DNA of 64,000 nucleotides, from positions 39,434,001 to 39,498,000 of the forward strand of contig CM059432.1 in the NCBI GenBank assembly GCA_030390025.1, given 5' to 3'. A model generated the notes under the pieces. That model saw only the letters and a program-made list of their open reading frames with translations. It searched no databases and was not told the DNA's origin. Position numbers and translations under genes: made by a program. Each line of letters begins with the position of its first letter. The stretch's first letter is position 1. This DNA comes from Squalus acanthias (taxonomy: Eukaryota). Shown here piece after piece: positions 37,090-51,489 of the stretch.

Positions 37090-37670
37090 TGCTGCTGACA
37101 CTGAGGGAGCAGAACGGCTGCACTGCAATCCTTGCACTCACACAAGTTGGGAGTGGCCAATACCCCTTGCATATCCTAAACTCGGCCTCATTACCGGGGG
37201 AATTTCAACTCCTGGGTGGGAAGCAGGTTCATTTTAACAGATGGGCCTCATTAACATTCTGCCGCCCAGCTGCTCACCTGAGGTGGACATCCAGAGGCAG
37301 CTTTCTGACTTTGGGCCTAAAGAATCCAGCAGCCCAGAGACCACCAGTCAAATTAGTTGCCTGGGAGTGGGGATTCGAGAGGGGTTCACAGGTGGGAAGG
37401 GGGAGGCCGGGTTAGTGCTCCTGCTCCTCCTGGTTCCACAAAGGTACATTTTAACTTCCTCTGGATGGTCTTCCAGGTCTTACTGTATGTGGTGTCCGTG
37501 GTGGTCACCCAACCCAGTAGACAGTTAAAATAGCAGTGGAGTCCTATGTAAGGATGCCTCAACTGCCCGAGAAAACAGAGGCCTTAAAATAGCCACAGAG
37601 CGGGAAACGATGGGATTTTAACTCCCATTCTGCCCAGTTTCCACCTGGTGGAGGGAGTTAAAAATTCCCC
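37090..37670. mobile_element. MITE-like element
   Basis: Ends GTTAAAATTCCCC; internal similarity to 22800-23487; the left end is unclear. Confidence 0.35.
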
Positions 37671-37747
37671 TTATATATTCATTGAAAGCTCCCAGACTAG
37701 ATGAGAATTGCTGCCAAGAATATGAGAGTTTGCTGGCTGGGGAGGAG

Positions 37748-40700
37748 TTTTTTTTTTATTCGTTCATGGGATGTGGGCGTCGCTGGCAAGGCCACCATTT
37801 ATTGCCGATCCCTAATTGCCCTTGAGAAGGTGGTGGTGAGCCGCCGCTTTGAACCGCTGTAATCCTTGTGATGAAGGTACTCCCACAGTGCTGTTAGGGA
37901 GGGAGTTCCAGGATTTTGACCCAGTGACGATGAAAGAATGGCAATATATTTCCAAGTCAGGATGGTGTGTGACTTGGAGGGGAACTTGGAGGTGGTGGTG
38001 TTCCCATGCGCCTGCTGTCCTTGTCCTTCTAGGTGGTAGAGGTTGCGGGTTAGGGAGGTCCTGCTGAAGAAGCCTTGGTGAGTTGCTGCAGTGCATCTTG
38101 TAGATGGTACACACTGCAGCCACGGTACGCCGGTGGTGGAGGGAGTGAATGTTTAAGGTGGTGGATGGGGTGCCAATCAAGCGGGCTGCTTTGTCCTGCT
38201 TGGTGTCAAGCTTCTTGAATGTTGTTGAAGCTGCACTCATCCAGGCAAGTGGAGAATATTTCATCACACTCCTCATTTGTGCCTTGTAGATGGTGGAAAG
38301 GCTTTGGAGAGTCAGGAGGTGAGACACGCGCCGCAGAATACCAAGCCTCTGACCTGCATATGTTGCCACAGTATTTATGTGGCTGGTCCAGTTAAATTTC
38401 TGGTCAATGGTGACCGCTAGGATGTTAATGGTGGGGGATTCAGTGATGGTAATGCCATTGAATGTCAAGGGGCGGTGGTTAGACTCTCACTTGTTGGAGT
38501 TAGTCATTGCCTGGCGCGAATGTTACCTGCCACTTATCAGCCCAAGTCTGAATGTCGTCCAGGTCTTGCTGCATGTGGGCATGGACTGCTTCATAATCTG
38601 AGGAGTTGCGAATGGAACACTGCAATCATCAGCGAACATCGCCACTTCTGACCTTATGATGGAGGGAAGGTCATTGATGAAGCAGTTGAAGATGGTTGGG
38701 CCTAGGACACTGCCCTGAGGAACTCCTGCAGTGATGTTCTGGGGCTGAGATGATTGACCTCCAACAACCACAACCATCTTCCTTTGTGCTAGGTATGACT
38801 CCAGCCAGTGGAGAGTTTTCCCCCTGATTCCCATTGACTTCAATTTTACTAGGGCTCCTTGATGCCACACTTGGTCAAATGCTGCCTTGATGTCAAGGGA
38901 AGTCACTCTTACCTCACCTCTGTAATTCAGCTCTTTTGTCCATGTTTGGGTCAAGGCTGTAATGAGGTCTAGAGCCCATTGGTCCTGGCGGAACCAAAAG
39001 TGAGCATAGGTGAGCAGGTTATTGGTAAGTAAGTGCCGCTTGACAACACCTTCCATCACTTTGCTGATGATTGAGAGTAGACTGATGGGGTGGTAATTGG
39101 CCGGATTGGATTTGTCCTGCTTTTTGTGCACAGGACATACCTGGGCAGTTTTCCACATTGTCGGGTAGATGCCAGTGTTGTAGCTATACTGGAACAGGTT
39201 AGCTAGAGGCGTGGCTAGTTCTGGAGCACAAGTCTTCAGTACGACAGCCGGGATGTTGTCGGGGCCCATAGCCTTTGCTGTAACCAGTGCGCTCAGCCGT
39301 TTCTTGATATCACGTGGAGTGAATCGAATTGGCTGAAGACTGGCTTCTGTGATGGTAGGGACCTCAGGAGGAGGCCGATATGGATCATCCACTCGGCACT
39401 TCTGGCTGAAGATGGTTGCAAATGCTTCAGCCTAGTCTTTTGCACTCACGTGCTGGGCTTCGCCATCATTGAGGATGGGGATAGTCATGGAGCCTCCTCC
39501 TCCCGTTAGTTATTTAATAGTCCACCACCATTCACGACTGGATGTGATAGGATTGCAGAACTTTGATCTGATCCGTTGATTGTGGAATCGCTTCGGTCTG
39601 TCTGTAGCATACTGCCTCCGTTGTTTAGCAAGCATGTAGTCCTGTGTTGCAGCTTCCCCAGGTTGGCACCTCGTTTTTAGGTATGACTGGTGCTGCTCCT
39701 GGCATGCTCTTCTGCACTCCTCATTGAACCAGGGTTGGTCCCCTGGCTTGATGGTAATGGTAGAGTGAGGTATATGCCGGGCCATGAGGTTACAGATTGT
39801 GGTGGAATACAATTCTGCTGCTGCTGATGGCCCACAGCGCCTCATGGATGCCCAGTTTTGAATCTATCCCATTTAGCACGGTGGTGGTGCCACACAACAC
39901 GATGGAGGGTCTCCTCGATGTGAAGACGGGACTTAGTCTCCACAAGGACTGTGCGGTGGTCACTACTGTCATGAACAGATGCATCTGCGACAGGTAAGGA
40001 CGAGGTCAAGTAGTTATTTCCCTCATGTTGGTTCTCTCACCACCTGCTGCAGGCCCAGTCTAGCAGCTATGTCCTTCAGGACTCAGTCAGTAGTGTTGTT
40101 ACCGAGCCACTCTTGTGATGGACATTAAAGTTCCCCCACCCAGAGTACATTCTGGGCCCTTGCTACCCTCAGTGCTTTTTCCAAGTGGTGTTCAATATGG
40201 AGCAGTACTGATTCATCAGCTGAGGGTGGGCGGTAGGTGGTAATTCAGCAGGAGGTTTCCTTGCCCATTGCTTGACCTGAAGCCATGAGACTTCATGGGG
40301 TCCGGAGTCAATGTAGTGGACTCCCAAGGCCACTCCCTTCTGACTGTATACCACTGTGCCGCCACCTGTGGTGGGTCTGTCCTGCCGGTGGGACAGGATA
40401 TACCCAGGGATGGTGATGGAGGAGTCTGGGACATTGGCTGAAAGGTATGATTCTGTGAGTATGACTATGTCAGGCTGTTGTTTGACTACTTTCCCAATTT
40501 TGGCACAAGTCCCCAGATCTTAGTGAGGAGGACTTTACAGGGTCAACTGGGCTGGATGTGCCATTGTCATGTCCGACACCGGTGCCTAGGTCGATGCCGG
40601 GTGGTCCGTCCGGTTTTATTCGTATCTATTGTTTTTTGTAGTGGTTACAACAGAGTGGCTTGCTGGGCCATTTCAGAGGGCAGTTAAGAGTCAACCACAT

Positions 40701-40977
40701 TGCTGTGGATCTGGAGTCACATATAGGCCAGACCCGGTAAGGATGGCAGATTTCCTTCCCTAAAGGACATTAGTGAACCAGATGGGTTTTTAACGACAAT
40801 CCGGTATTTTCATGATCACCATTACTGATACTAGCTTTTTATTCCAGATTTATTTGATTAACTGGATTTACATTCCCCAGCTGTCGTGGTGGGATTTGAA
40901 CTCACATCTACTTAGGATCATTAGTCCAGGCCTCTAGATTACTAGTCCAGTAACATAACCACTATGCTACCATTCCC
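37748..40977 (-). mobile_element. Near full-length single-ORF APE-RT LINE (CR1-superfamily-like, exact clade not assigned) with tRNA-derived 5' end
   Basis: APE N-terminus (..WGLVPKLG..QPDIVILTESYL) from ~40530; ORF fragments 39510..39845, 38523..39392 ([36 protein letters not shown]) and 37812..38468. A-rich 3' tail; A box 40959-40969 and B box 40892-40901. Confidence 0.9.
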
Positions 40978-43969
40978 GTTCCCGAGTGGGAGGGGTGGGT
41001 GGTGAGTGGGAGAGGAGGGCAGGAAATTTGATTCAGCTGCAGCTGATATTAAAAGAGGGTTTAACTTTGTTGGTAGTAGGAGTATCAGAGGCAGCTGGTG
41101 TGCATTGCTAAAAAGTAATGACGCATGACTCACAAAGAGCCCCAGCATTCAAAGATGCATCAGTGGAGCTGCTCCTTCAAGAAATAATCCAAAGGAAGGT
41201 TGTTCTGCTTAGCCCTGAAGGATACTCCCCACTTAAGAGCCATCTGGACTATGTGAAAGAAAGAGGCATGAAGGATGAATAACAAAGTTGTGCAGCATGC
41301 AGCAGACAGAGATAATCACTGCATTGTGATTTTATTTTATTACCCTCACACCAATTGAGATCAACTGATGATTCCACCATAACAATGCAGACTACTTGTT
41401 GAAAAATGAATAGCCTCATTTTGAGTTTCATATCTAGAACCACCATTTTATTTTATTTTTTTGCCTTAGAATGCAGCCATTTTGATGACATATGGCCGAT
41501 TTTGAATTTCTTCCCTTATTCATATTTGTAATGGGAGTTCCCATGTAGATAGAAGCAATGCTATTTTTGGTACCACTGATGCACACACAAATATATATAA
41601 GAATTTTGTGTGCCAGTTGCAAATTCTCTAATTATTTTATTGTTCATATGCTTTCAGTACAAGATAAAGTTAGTAATATTTGGAGCAGTGAACAATGAAA
41701 AGAAAAACAAACAATTTCGATTCACTCTGCACCACCCGCCCGCCCCAATGTAGGTCAAATCTTTTGATGTTTTTCTCCAGTTCTTCAAGAAACAATATTA
41801 AAACAGTCAGTTACTATAAGGAGACTGGCCATAGCTACCATTAGGACTCCCATCACATTTTACCAGCTGGCAACTTCAGCAGCAGTTTGCCTGTTGTCAA
41901 TGAAATACTATTACGTCAACTAAAATAACAACAGTATTTTTGCCCCAGTTTTGGTTCTTCATAATGGCTTTGGTCCCTCCAGCAATTTTGGGTGGGTGTG
42001 TCCAGGTGTTTCAAATAGTGACAATGTCTACATAACACTGTGCACCCAGAAAGATCAGAAGGCAGAGAAATGTAGCTGGGCATGCTCAAAGGCCAAAGAC
42101 TGATATGATCTTGTTTCTGCTCAGAGATGACAGTTTCATGCTAGGCTGTTTACTGATATCCTTTGTTGTGCTTGCAATCAAGAAAAGAGATGATGGCACT
42201 TTAAAAGAAATCAGAACAAAACATCAAAGTAACACAGCAATAGGGCATATCGTTAAACCTAAACAGTTCACTTAACCTTAATGGACCAATTAGCGTAGTC
42301 ACTCGGAGTTGTATTTCAACATATAGCCTTCTGGGTATATGGAATTCTCCACTAAAAAGCTAAAATATTCTCAAAGAAATAAAAGATCACATGAATATCG
42401 TAAAATTGCTGCATATTTTGTAACGCTTCCAGTACAGCATGTCATTTGGGTACGATAGCACAAAAACCACATCAAAGAGCATGGGCCTGAAAGGAACAGG
42501 TGAATTTCAAACAGTTCTGGTTGAGCTTTGCTCAATTCCTGTTGTAGTTTTGGTTCTTTTATTTGAAGCAAAGAAGATGTACAGTTACTGCTATAAGTGT
42601 AAAATAAACTTACAAATTACTTTTGATTTTATAGCTTATGGTGTGCAGTTTGCAATAGTTATATTACTTCTAAATCCCTTGGAACATTTAATGTATCTCA
42701 TTCCATTTTTGACTTTTCATCAGAAAGCTTGAAAATAAATCATATTCTTGTTGCACAGAGAAACATGACCTTTGAAATAAATCACGCTCTGCATACTGAC
42801 CCCATTATTTTGTTGTCTTAAAATGCACCACGAACAAGCACTATGGGATGCACTAAATGAATAAAACAAAATTGTTTTGCCACTTACTGTATCAAGTGAA
42901 ATTTGTCTTTATTAGCATTAGGGACTCAGATGTGGTATCATATAGCACTGCTAACTGTGTTAATCAAACGTCAAGGTTTCTTCCCACCCTTCTACCCCTT
43001 TTTCTCACATTCCGCATCTCTTTCATATCTGCACCGATTCCTCACTTTCGGCACCAGAGCATTTCTGTTCCATCCACAAGCATGGCTTATATCCCCATTC
43101 CAACCTTTCTACCTTTTTTAGCCTCCTATACTGTTCCAACTAAGACTAGGTGATGGACCTACTGTGTATTTCCGTTATTTTCTATTTTAAATGTTCAACG
43201 GCATTTACTTGTGTAATGAGAGCTCATACTAAGAAACATTATTGGTGGGTTTCATTACTTAAATGACATTTCAGCTGAGTATGATGTCTTACAGGCTGAC
43301 ATCATATTGGGCCTGTGACAAAGTGTTGATGTTTTTGCCCTTGTTATTTAACATATGTCACTATGATTTAGTGATTAGAATAAAGTGCATACATACAGTT
43401 AATAGGGATTTAAACTTTATATGGCCTAGATTACCTACTTTCTTTGGACACAAATGGCAATATTCTTCTCACTCTATGCAAACTCAGTTTTCTCTATGGT
43501 ATTAGACATATGTATCCTTTCCATATACCAAGTAAATAATTCACATATTCTGTTCTAGAGTGGAGCATAGTTTCAGGAAAAAGTCATTTATTTTACCCTT
43601 ATAAATTAATAACTCAATTTATGAGACTGTGTTATAATCTAATTATTATATATGTGGCTATTTTATTGTTTTTCAATGCTTTCAAATGATAATGTACAAA
43701 TTGTACATTAGATAGAACATTCTGCTTCAATATTTCTGATAATAAATATTCAGGAACAGGAAAATGCCATAAGGGCCAAGAAGCTATGTTCCTTTTTCAT
43801 ATGTAAATTAATGCTAGGAAGTGGCCAGGGTGAGGGCCCGGGGGCACTGCCAAGTCCTATCCGCCCCCGCCCCCCACCAAAGATTCGGCGCCATTGTCAC
43901 AGTAGAGGAAAATTCAGGCCTTCATCCAGAGAAGAATTTGTTTTTTATACCTTCATCCAAGACATTATT

Positions 43970-44680
43970 GGCCTAAAAATTGCTGTCAAAATAATGCCGT
44001 TATTTATGTGCAAATGCCACATCAACTTCAGGCGAGGGTAGATGCACAATTAAATGCAGAAATCGGAAAGCTGCTCTCGGAGTTGCACCACTGCACCATT
44101 AGCTTTGTGAAAATGGCATCTCGCTCCTGCCTCACCATTTAAATGCTTTGAGCGGCATGAAATTCCTGTACTTGCTCTGTCGTAAACTCGCTGCAGAAAG
44201 TTAGGTCAAGTCATTTCAAGTCTAAGTACCCTTTTAATAATGTGATAAGTGTTAATTATTGCCAATCAACCTCTCGGGCAAATTAACTAGTGTGGAGTAT
44301 CATTCCTTCAGGTTTTAAATTGCTGTTGGAGATTTTTAAACTTTTTCGTTCTGTCTCTTCTTTCTCTTTCTCACTCCAATCTTTCTTCCCCTCTTTATTT
44401 CTCTTTCTGTACCTGATTTGACATTGAATTCATCCACTCTAACTTACACGTCCTTGTCAGTCTTTGCGCTGTTAATTTCAGAATCCTACAAACTGATTGG
44501 TTAAGGAGATACACAGTTGCTTGCACTGTTCACTCAGATCCCAGATGCCCTGTAGAGGGCGCTGTGCTGTTTCCATCTCACATTGCCAGCAACTTGCAGG
44601 GCAAAAGTATTAAATGGGCAAGGGCAAGTCTAACTAACAGTGGGCGCTGTTTGTTGGCCTGCCACAGCAATTTGTGGACC
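43970..44680. mobile_element. PIF/Harbinger-type MITE
   Basis: TIRs GGCCTAAAAATTGCTGT and (rc) GGTCCACAAATTGCTGT; TSD ATT at 43967-43969 and 44681-44683. Confidence 0.78.
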
Positions 44681-44889
44681 ATTATATATTAAAAATGAAA
44701 AAAATCCCAAGATCTTCGACTGATAACCTCATTCTAGGCTGAAAAGAGAACTCGGTTGTTTATCCCAAATGGGAAAGTGACCTAGAAATTCTCTGCTTTA
44801 CCTTTCCCCTGGCCAGAATAACATGGTTTGCAGGTCATCATAATTAAATGGTTGAAGAATTAATAACCAGAATTGCTATGAAAAGAAAT

Positions 44890-47170
44890 GCAGTCATCAT
44901 CAGTTAACAGCCTAACTGTGCATGAACATTTATCCAGCAGCGATCATAACATGATCGAGTTCAAAGTAGCGTTTGAAAGGGAGAAACACGAAACAGCCAC
45001 TAAGATTCTAGATTTAAGTAAGGCCGACTTCAATGGGATGAGGCAGAGACTGTCCACAGTAAAATGGGTAAAAACGACAGAAGATCAGTGGAAGATGTTT
45101 AAAAAAGATTTTAATGTGATACAGAACCAGTTTATACCCCTGAGGGGCAAGAGCTTTACTTGTCAAAAAAAAAAGCCATGGATGACTAAAGAGGTAAGGG
45201 ACAGCATAAAATGAAAGGAAAGGGCATACAAAAATGCAAATAATAGCACAGATCGAATGGCGAATGGGAAAGGTACAAAGAACAGCAAAGGGTCATAAAA
45301 CAGATAGAAAGAGCTAAAAAAGGGAGTATGAAACGAAACTTGCAAGGGATATCTAAATCAATATGAAGAATTTTTATAGTTACATTAGGAAAAAGAGGGT
45401 GGTCAGGAGCAATGTTGGCCCCTTAAAAACTGATAACAGTAATATTGTCAATGACAATGGGGAAATGGCAGACATGTTGAATAATTACTTTGCGTCAGTA
45501 TTTACAGTAGAAGAGGATAGCATGCCGGAAATCTCAAAGAAACTAATATTGAGTCGGGGACAGGGATTCAATAAAATTAATGTAGGTAAAACAAAAGTAA
45601 TAAAAAAAATAATGGCACTAAAGAATGACAAATCCCCAGGACCAGATGGTTTCATTCCCAGGGTTTTAAAGGAAGTAGGTGAGCACATATAAGATGCCCT
45701 AACTATAATCTTCCAAAGTTCTCTAGATTCAGGAACCGTCCCTTTAGATTGGAAAATTGCATATGTCACTCCGCTTTTTAAGAATGGTGAGAGAGGGAAA
45801 CTAGGGAATTATAGACCAGTTAGCCTAACATCTGTTGTGGGGAAATTGCTAGAGTCCATAATTAAGGATCGGGTGACTGAACACCTTGAACATTTTCAGT
45901 TGATCAGAGAGAACCAGCATGGATTTGTGAAGGTAGGTCATGCCTGACAAACCTGATTGAATTTTTTGAAGAGGTGACTAAAGTAGTGGACAGGGGAATG
46001 TCTGGATGTTATTTATATGGACTTCCAGAAGGTATTTGATAAAGTGCCACATAAGAGACTGTTATCTAAGGAAGAAGCCCACAGAATTGAGGGCAAATTA
46101 TTGACCTGGTTAGGAAATTGGCTGAGTGGCAGGAGACAGAGAGTAGGGATAATGGGTAGGTACTCAAATTGACAGGATGTGACTAGTGGTGTCCCGCAGG
46201 GATCTGTGTTGGGGCCTCAACTATTCACAATATTTATGAACGACTTAGATGATAGCATAGAAAGTCATATATCCAAATTTGCCGATGACACAAAGATAGG
46301 TGGCATTGTAGGCAGTGTAGATGGAAGCATAAAATTACAAAGGGATATTGATAGATTAAGTGACTAGGCAAAACTGTGGCAAATGGATTTCAACGTAAGC
46401 AAATGTGAGGTCATCCATTTTGGACCTAAAAAGGATAGAACAGGGTAAAAAGCTAAAAACAGTGGGTGTCCAAAGAGACTTGGGGGTTCAGGTACATAGA
46501 TCAATAAAATGTCATGAACAGGTACAGAAAATAATCAAAAAGGCTAATGGAATGCTGACCTTTATATCTAGAGGACTAGAGTACAAAGGGGCAGAAGTTA
46601 TGCTGCAGCTATATAAAGCCCTGTTGGATCACACCTGGAGTACTCTGAGCAGTTCTGGGCACCACACCTTAGGAAGGATATATTGGCCTCGGAGGGAGTG
46701 CAGCGTAAATTTACCAGAATGATACCCAGATTTCAAGGGTTAAGTTATGAGGAGAGATTACACAAATTAGGGCTGTATTCCCTAGAATTTAGAAGGTTAA
46801 GGGATGATCTGATTGAAGTTTTCAGGATATTGAGGGTAGATAGAGAGAAACTATTTCCGCTGGTTGGGGATTCTAGGACTAGGGGGCATAGTCTAAAAAT
46901 TAGAGCCAGACCTTTGAGAAGTGACATTAGGAAACATTTCTACACACAAAGGGTGGTAGAAGTTTGGAACTCTCTTTCGCAAATGGCAAATGATGCTAGA
47001 TCAATTGTTAATTTTAAATCTGAGATTGATAGCTTTTTGTTAACCAAAGGTATTAAGGGATATGGGCCAAAGACGGGTATATGGAGTTAGGTTGCAGATC
47101 AGCCATGATTTTATCAAATGGGGTAACAGGCTCGATGGGCTGAATGGCCTACTCCTGTTCCTATGTTCCT
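44890..47170 (+). mobile_element. CR1 (~2.3 kb, APE C-terminus to 3' UTR), multiply disrupted
   Basis: [35 protein letters not shown] and SRTRGH across several broken ORFs. Confidence 0.93.
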
Positions 47171-47889
47171 AAAATAATATGGCGCCCATGTGCATAAGAA
47201 CAGATCAGGCGATATTTAGTGTGTTACCCCATAAATCTATGCTGTCTTGCACTTGTGGTTCATTTCCCTTATGGGATGGAAAATAGGGAACCTCAGCAAT
47301 GCTTAATTCATCATCTCTGCTACTGGGGGATTAAGAAGTTTGTAAAGCCTGTGATTGTATGTGACAGGACTTGTAATCAGCCAGCCATTTTGGTAGGAGC
47401 GGAGGTGTTCTTTTGAATAAAAACTGTAGATGCGAATCAAATGTGAGCAGTAATTTGAAATCAGGTTTTGGTACAGGAAATAGACATTTCCTTCCTGAAT
47501 ACTGCTGGGTCAATATGCAATACTGCATGTCCTCAGATTGCTTTAATGTTGTCCAGCTCCATATCGTGCCTCAGCAGATAGTGAATAGATTAAATTTGAG
47601 TTTCCTTCCATGTGGATCTCGCTCGTAGATCTTGACTTCAGTAGTATTTATTCTTTCACCTAAAAGTTAACAACCCTCAGAAAAAGGCCATAGAGTGACT
47701 TTGCCATTCAAGGGGTGGTGGCTAGGGTTTGGTGTTTTTCAATTATAAATTCTATACCATTCAAACCAGATCAACAGTTCACAGAGCAAATGTGCTATAA
47801 GTCTGAGGTCCCACACTTTCTGGGGCCCTGAAGATCGGGATAGCCATCTGTGGTTATCAGAATGATTGTTCCAAAACACACTACTCTCT

Positions 47890-48030
47890 TTGGAAATAGT
47901 ACTCTAACCTTCGCTTTGAGTTCTGCCAAACAGTCATCATTTTCAAACAACCTCTCCTCCACCTCAGACATCTGTTGTTCCAGCTTTGAAACAGTATCCT
48001 CCAACTCTTAAACATCTGTGCTCACAGCTG
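47890..48030 (-). mobile_element. L1/Tx1-type ORF1 coiled-coil remnant
   Basis: EDTVSKLEQQMSEVEERLFENDDCLAELKAKVRVL has the heptad pattern typical of fish L1 ORF1. Confidence 0.55.
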
Positions 48031-49669
48031 CAAACATCATACCTCCTGTTTCAAGAACTATAGCCTAGAAATTACTGTTGTTCTATTTGGGAGTTAACTG
48101 CAGATTATTAAAAGATTTTGGGGAAAATTCCTGCCTGCCTTTTCGTCCCCAATATTGCTATTTGTAGTTTTATGTGTAAGCTGTGCGCGGAAAATCATTA
48201 CCATGTAGAACAGCAGTTAAATGGCTTAAGTGGGCATTTAAACCTCCTGCATTTGTACAGAGGAGAGCAGGTCAGGGGTTTTCTCTCCCATTTTGCCGTA
48301 GAATGGAGGCTGGTAGACTGAGAATTGCAGGATTCAAGTTGGACCTGAAAGAGTTAGAGGTGAGGAGTTAGGGTATATAAATACTTCCTAAAAAATATAA
48401 AATTCAACACTCTTTGCCACACACCTGGATTGAGATGGCTATTGTAAATGCTAAGCTTATGCCATGTGCCTGGTTCCTCAAAGTATCCTGGGGGAGCCTG
48501 TTTACATGAAATACTGACTAATCAAGTCCCTTGAGAAATGAATTGTCAGGCTTGAAGACCAACGAGCTACACTGCACACTATGTGCAAAAGAAGGCGGCC
48601 CCAAAGTTTCACATGGTCTGTCCGGTCTCTGGCGGGACCCTCAGGAAAAAGGCAGATACCCAGTTGCTCTGTGTCGCCACCGTTTCCAGGAGTTTCCGTT
48701 TTGTCTTGTAAGGGGCAGAACTCTGATTTGCTTTTATTGGGCAAATAATAGCCAGGGAGCGGAGTCAGTAGCAGGGACTCCCTAAACTAACAGTTCATGG
48801 TCTAGAAATTGGTTCATGTCGGCTTGCCTGGCACGATCCCAGCACCAGAACGGATGGGCATGAGGCACATCTGATATTGGGCCCTGTGCCTCACTTAAAG
48901 GAGATGCATGCTGGGCTTAACCAGGCAGCTGGACGGTGAATTGACATTGGATTTGGGGCTGCAGTGTCACTAGCAGTGGCCCTGAGCTACATCCTGTGAG
49001 TGGGGGGAGGCGATTGGGAGGGGGGGCCGGCAGAAGCCGGCAACGGTCTTTGGCACTGCAGTGGAGCCGGGACATGGGCCGAATGGTCTGTTTCTGTGCT
49101 GTAAATTCTGTGTAATTCTCTACCTTTCCTCCATAATACAAAAGTCTCATTCTCACTCATCATCATTCATTGTAGGGAACTTTCTGTCAGCGAAGACTCT
49201 GTGAAACAGCAGCAGCTCCCTTCTGAATGCTAACATGTAAGAATATTCCTCAGCTGCAACAGCAATTTCATAGGGGAAAAATCAACCCATTATCTGTGCA
49301 ATGCGTGAAGGTTAGAATACTGTGGTCACTCGCTTACCAAGGAATAGTCCTGGAAGTAACAAGCAAAGCAAGGCTAATGCACAATATAGGCGCTATAATG
49401 CACAATGAGTTCAATACTGCAACACCAATTGTGGGATGGGGAAACCAAGCAGGAGTCTTGAGAAATAATGAACTCCTCAAATTGATGGCCAATAATGCTA
49501 AATTGCTGCCAGCATTAAATTTAAGCAAACCAATTTCTAGGTTCATATCTCTCCCTGATTGCTGAAATAAGCGCCCAGTAAGTTGTTCCCCTCACAGTCA
49601 CTGTAAAATTTGGTAATTAAGTTGCCAATGGCATTACTAGAGATTTTTGGTGGATATTCACAAGGTAAC

Positions 49670-51425
49670 AACATAATTACAGATGAGTAAGGCCATTCTG
49701 CCCATCATAATTCATTCAACCAGAGAGATCCTAACATCCACCCACTGTACCATCCAATTGCTTCTTAACTGATTCCAAGTTTTTTTTCCTTCCACTACTC
49801 TATAGAATCATAGAATAATAGAATGGGTACAGCACAGAAGGAAGCCATTCAGCCCATCAAACCTGTGCCGGCTCTCTGCAAGAGCAATTCAGCTAGTCCC
49901 ACTCCCCTGTCCTTTCCCCATAGCCCTGCAATTTTTTTTCCTTCAGGTACTTATCCAACTCCCTTTTGAAAGCCATGATGGGAGTCTGCCTCCACCACCC
50001 TTTCAGGCAGTGTATTCCAGATCCTAACCACTCGCTGCGTAAAAAAGTTTTTCCTCATGTTGCCTTTGGTTCTTTTGCCAATCACCTTGAATCTGTGTCC
50101 TCTGGTTCTCGACCCTTCCACCAATGGGAACAGTTTCTCTCTATCTACTCTGTCTCGACACCTCATGATTTTGAACACCTCTATCAAATCTCCTCTCAAA
50201 CTTCTCTGCTCAAAGAGAACAACCCCAGCTTCGCTAGTCTATCCACATAACTGAAGTCCTTCATCCTTGGAATCATTCTTGTAAATCTTTTCTGCACCCT
50301 CTCTAAGGCCTTCACATCCTTCCTAAAGTGTGGTGCCCAGAATTCGACACAATACTCCAGTTGAGACTGAACCAGTGTTTTATAAAGGTTCATCGTAACT
50401 TCGTTGCTTTTGTACTCTATGCCACAATTTATGAAGCCCAGGATCCCGTATGCTTTTTTATCCACTTTCTCAACCTGCCCTGCCACCGTCAATGATTTGT
50501 GCACATATACCCCCAGGTCTCTCTGTTCATGCACCCACTTTAGGATTGTACCCTTTAGTTTATATTGCCTCTCCTCGTTCTTCCTACCAAAATGTATCAT
50601 TTGTACTTTTCTGCGTTAATTTTCATCTGCCACGTGTCCGCCAATTTCACCAGCCTGTCTATGTCTTCTTGAAGTCTATAACTATCATCCTCACTGTTCA
50701 CTATACTCCCAAGTTTTGTGTCATCTGCAAATTTTGAAGTTGTGCCCTGTTCACCCAAGTCCAAATCATTAATATACATCAAGAAAAGCAGTGGTCCTAG
50801 TACCGACCCCTGGGGAACCCCGCGGTGTACATTCCTCCGTTCCGAAAAACAACTGTTCGCCAATACGCTCTGTTTCCTGTCACTTAGCCAATTTTGTATC
50901 TATGCTGCCACTGTCCCTTTTATTCCATGGACTTCAACTTTGCTGGCAAGCCTATTACGTGGCTTTATCAAATGCCTTTTGGAAGTCCATGTACACCACG
51001 TCAACCGTATTGCCCTCATCAACCCTCTCTGTTACCTCATCAAAAAACTCAATCAAGTTAGTTAAACACAATGTGCTTTTAATATTTCAGGTTTTATTTC
51101 TATATCCTTAATAATTTTATATATCTCTATAAGATCACCTTTCAAGTCAAAGTCTATCCAGTTTTACCTCATATCTTAGATACAACACTAGGAATCAGCT
51201 GTGTGGTTCTTTGCATTGCCTCCAGTGCTTGAATGTCTCTCTTGTTTGTTGACACCCAGAACTGGACACAGTATTCAAGGTGTGGTCTGACCAAAGCAAT
51301 TTAATCATTACCTCTGCTGACTTATATTGTGCTTTGGCTACCTATCTAGTTAAGCATCCTATTAGCTTTGTTGATTGCTGATCTGCATTATTGGACATAT
51401 TTAGCATTGAGTTTACTAAGACAGC
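49670..51425 (-). mobile_element. Older CR1 3' fragment (49670-49802 and 51080-51425) split by a younger CR1
   Basis: Both pieces resemble the 2165-3300 family and continue across the insertion. Confidence 0.6.
49803..51075 (-). mobile_element. CR1, 5'-truncated
   Basis: ORFs 50597..50863, 50196..50600 and 49951..50199 cover CR1 RT to C-terminus; same family as 7321-7823. Confidence 0.93.
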
Positions 51426-51489
51426 AAGGAGATGAGGAGATTTTTTTTTACGCAGCTAGTTGTTAAGATCTGAAAGGGTCGTTGAAGGA

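Noticed and set aside
20520..40977. tRNA genes at A/B-box sites
   Set aside because: All are SINE or LINE heads continuing into repeat bodies, with no full cloverleaf.
24996..42499. Other AG/GT-bounded segments (e.g. 29256-29318+, ~32774-32891-, 42433-42499+)
   Set aside because: Short, unrecognised peptides; expected by chance.
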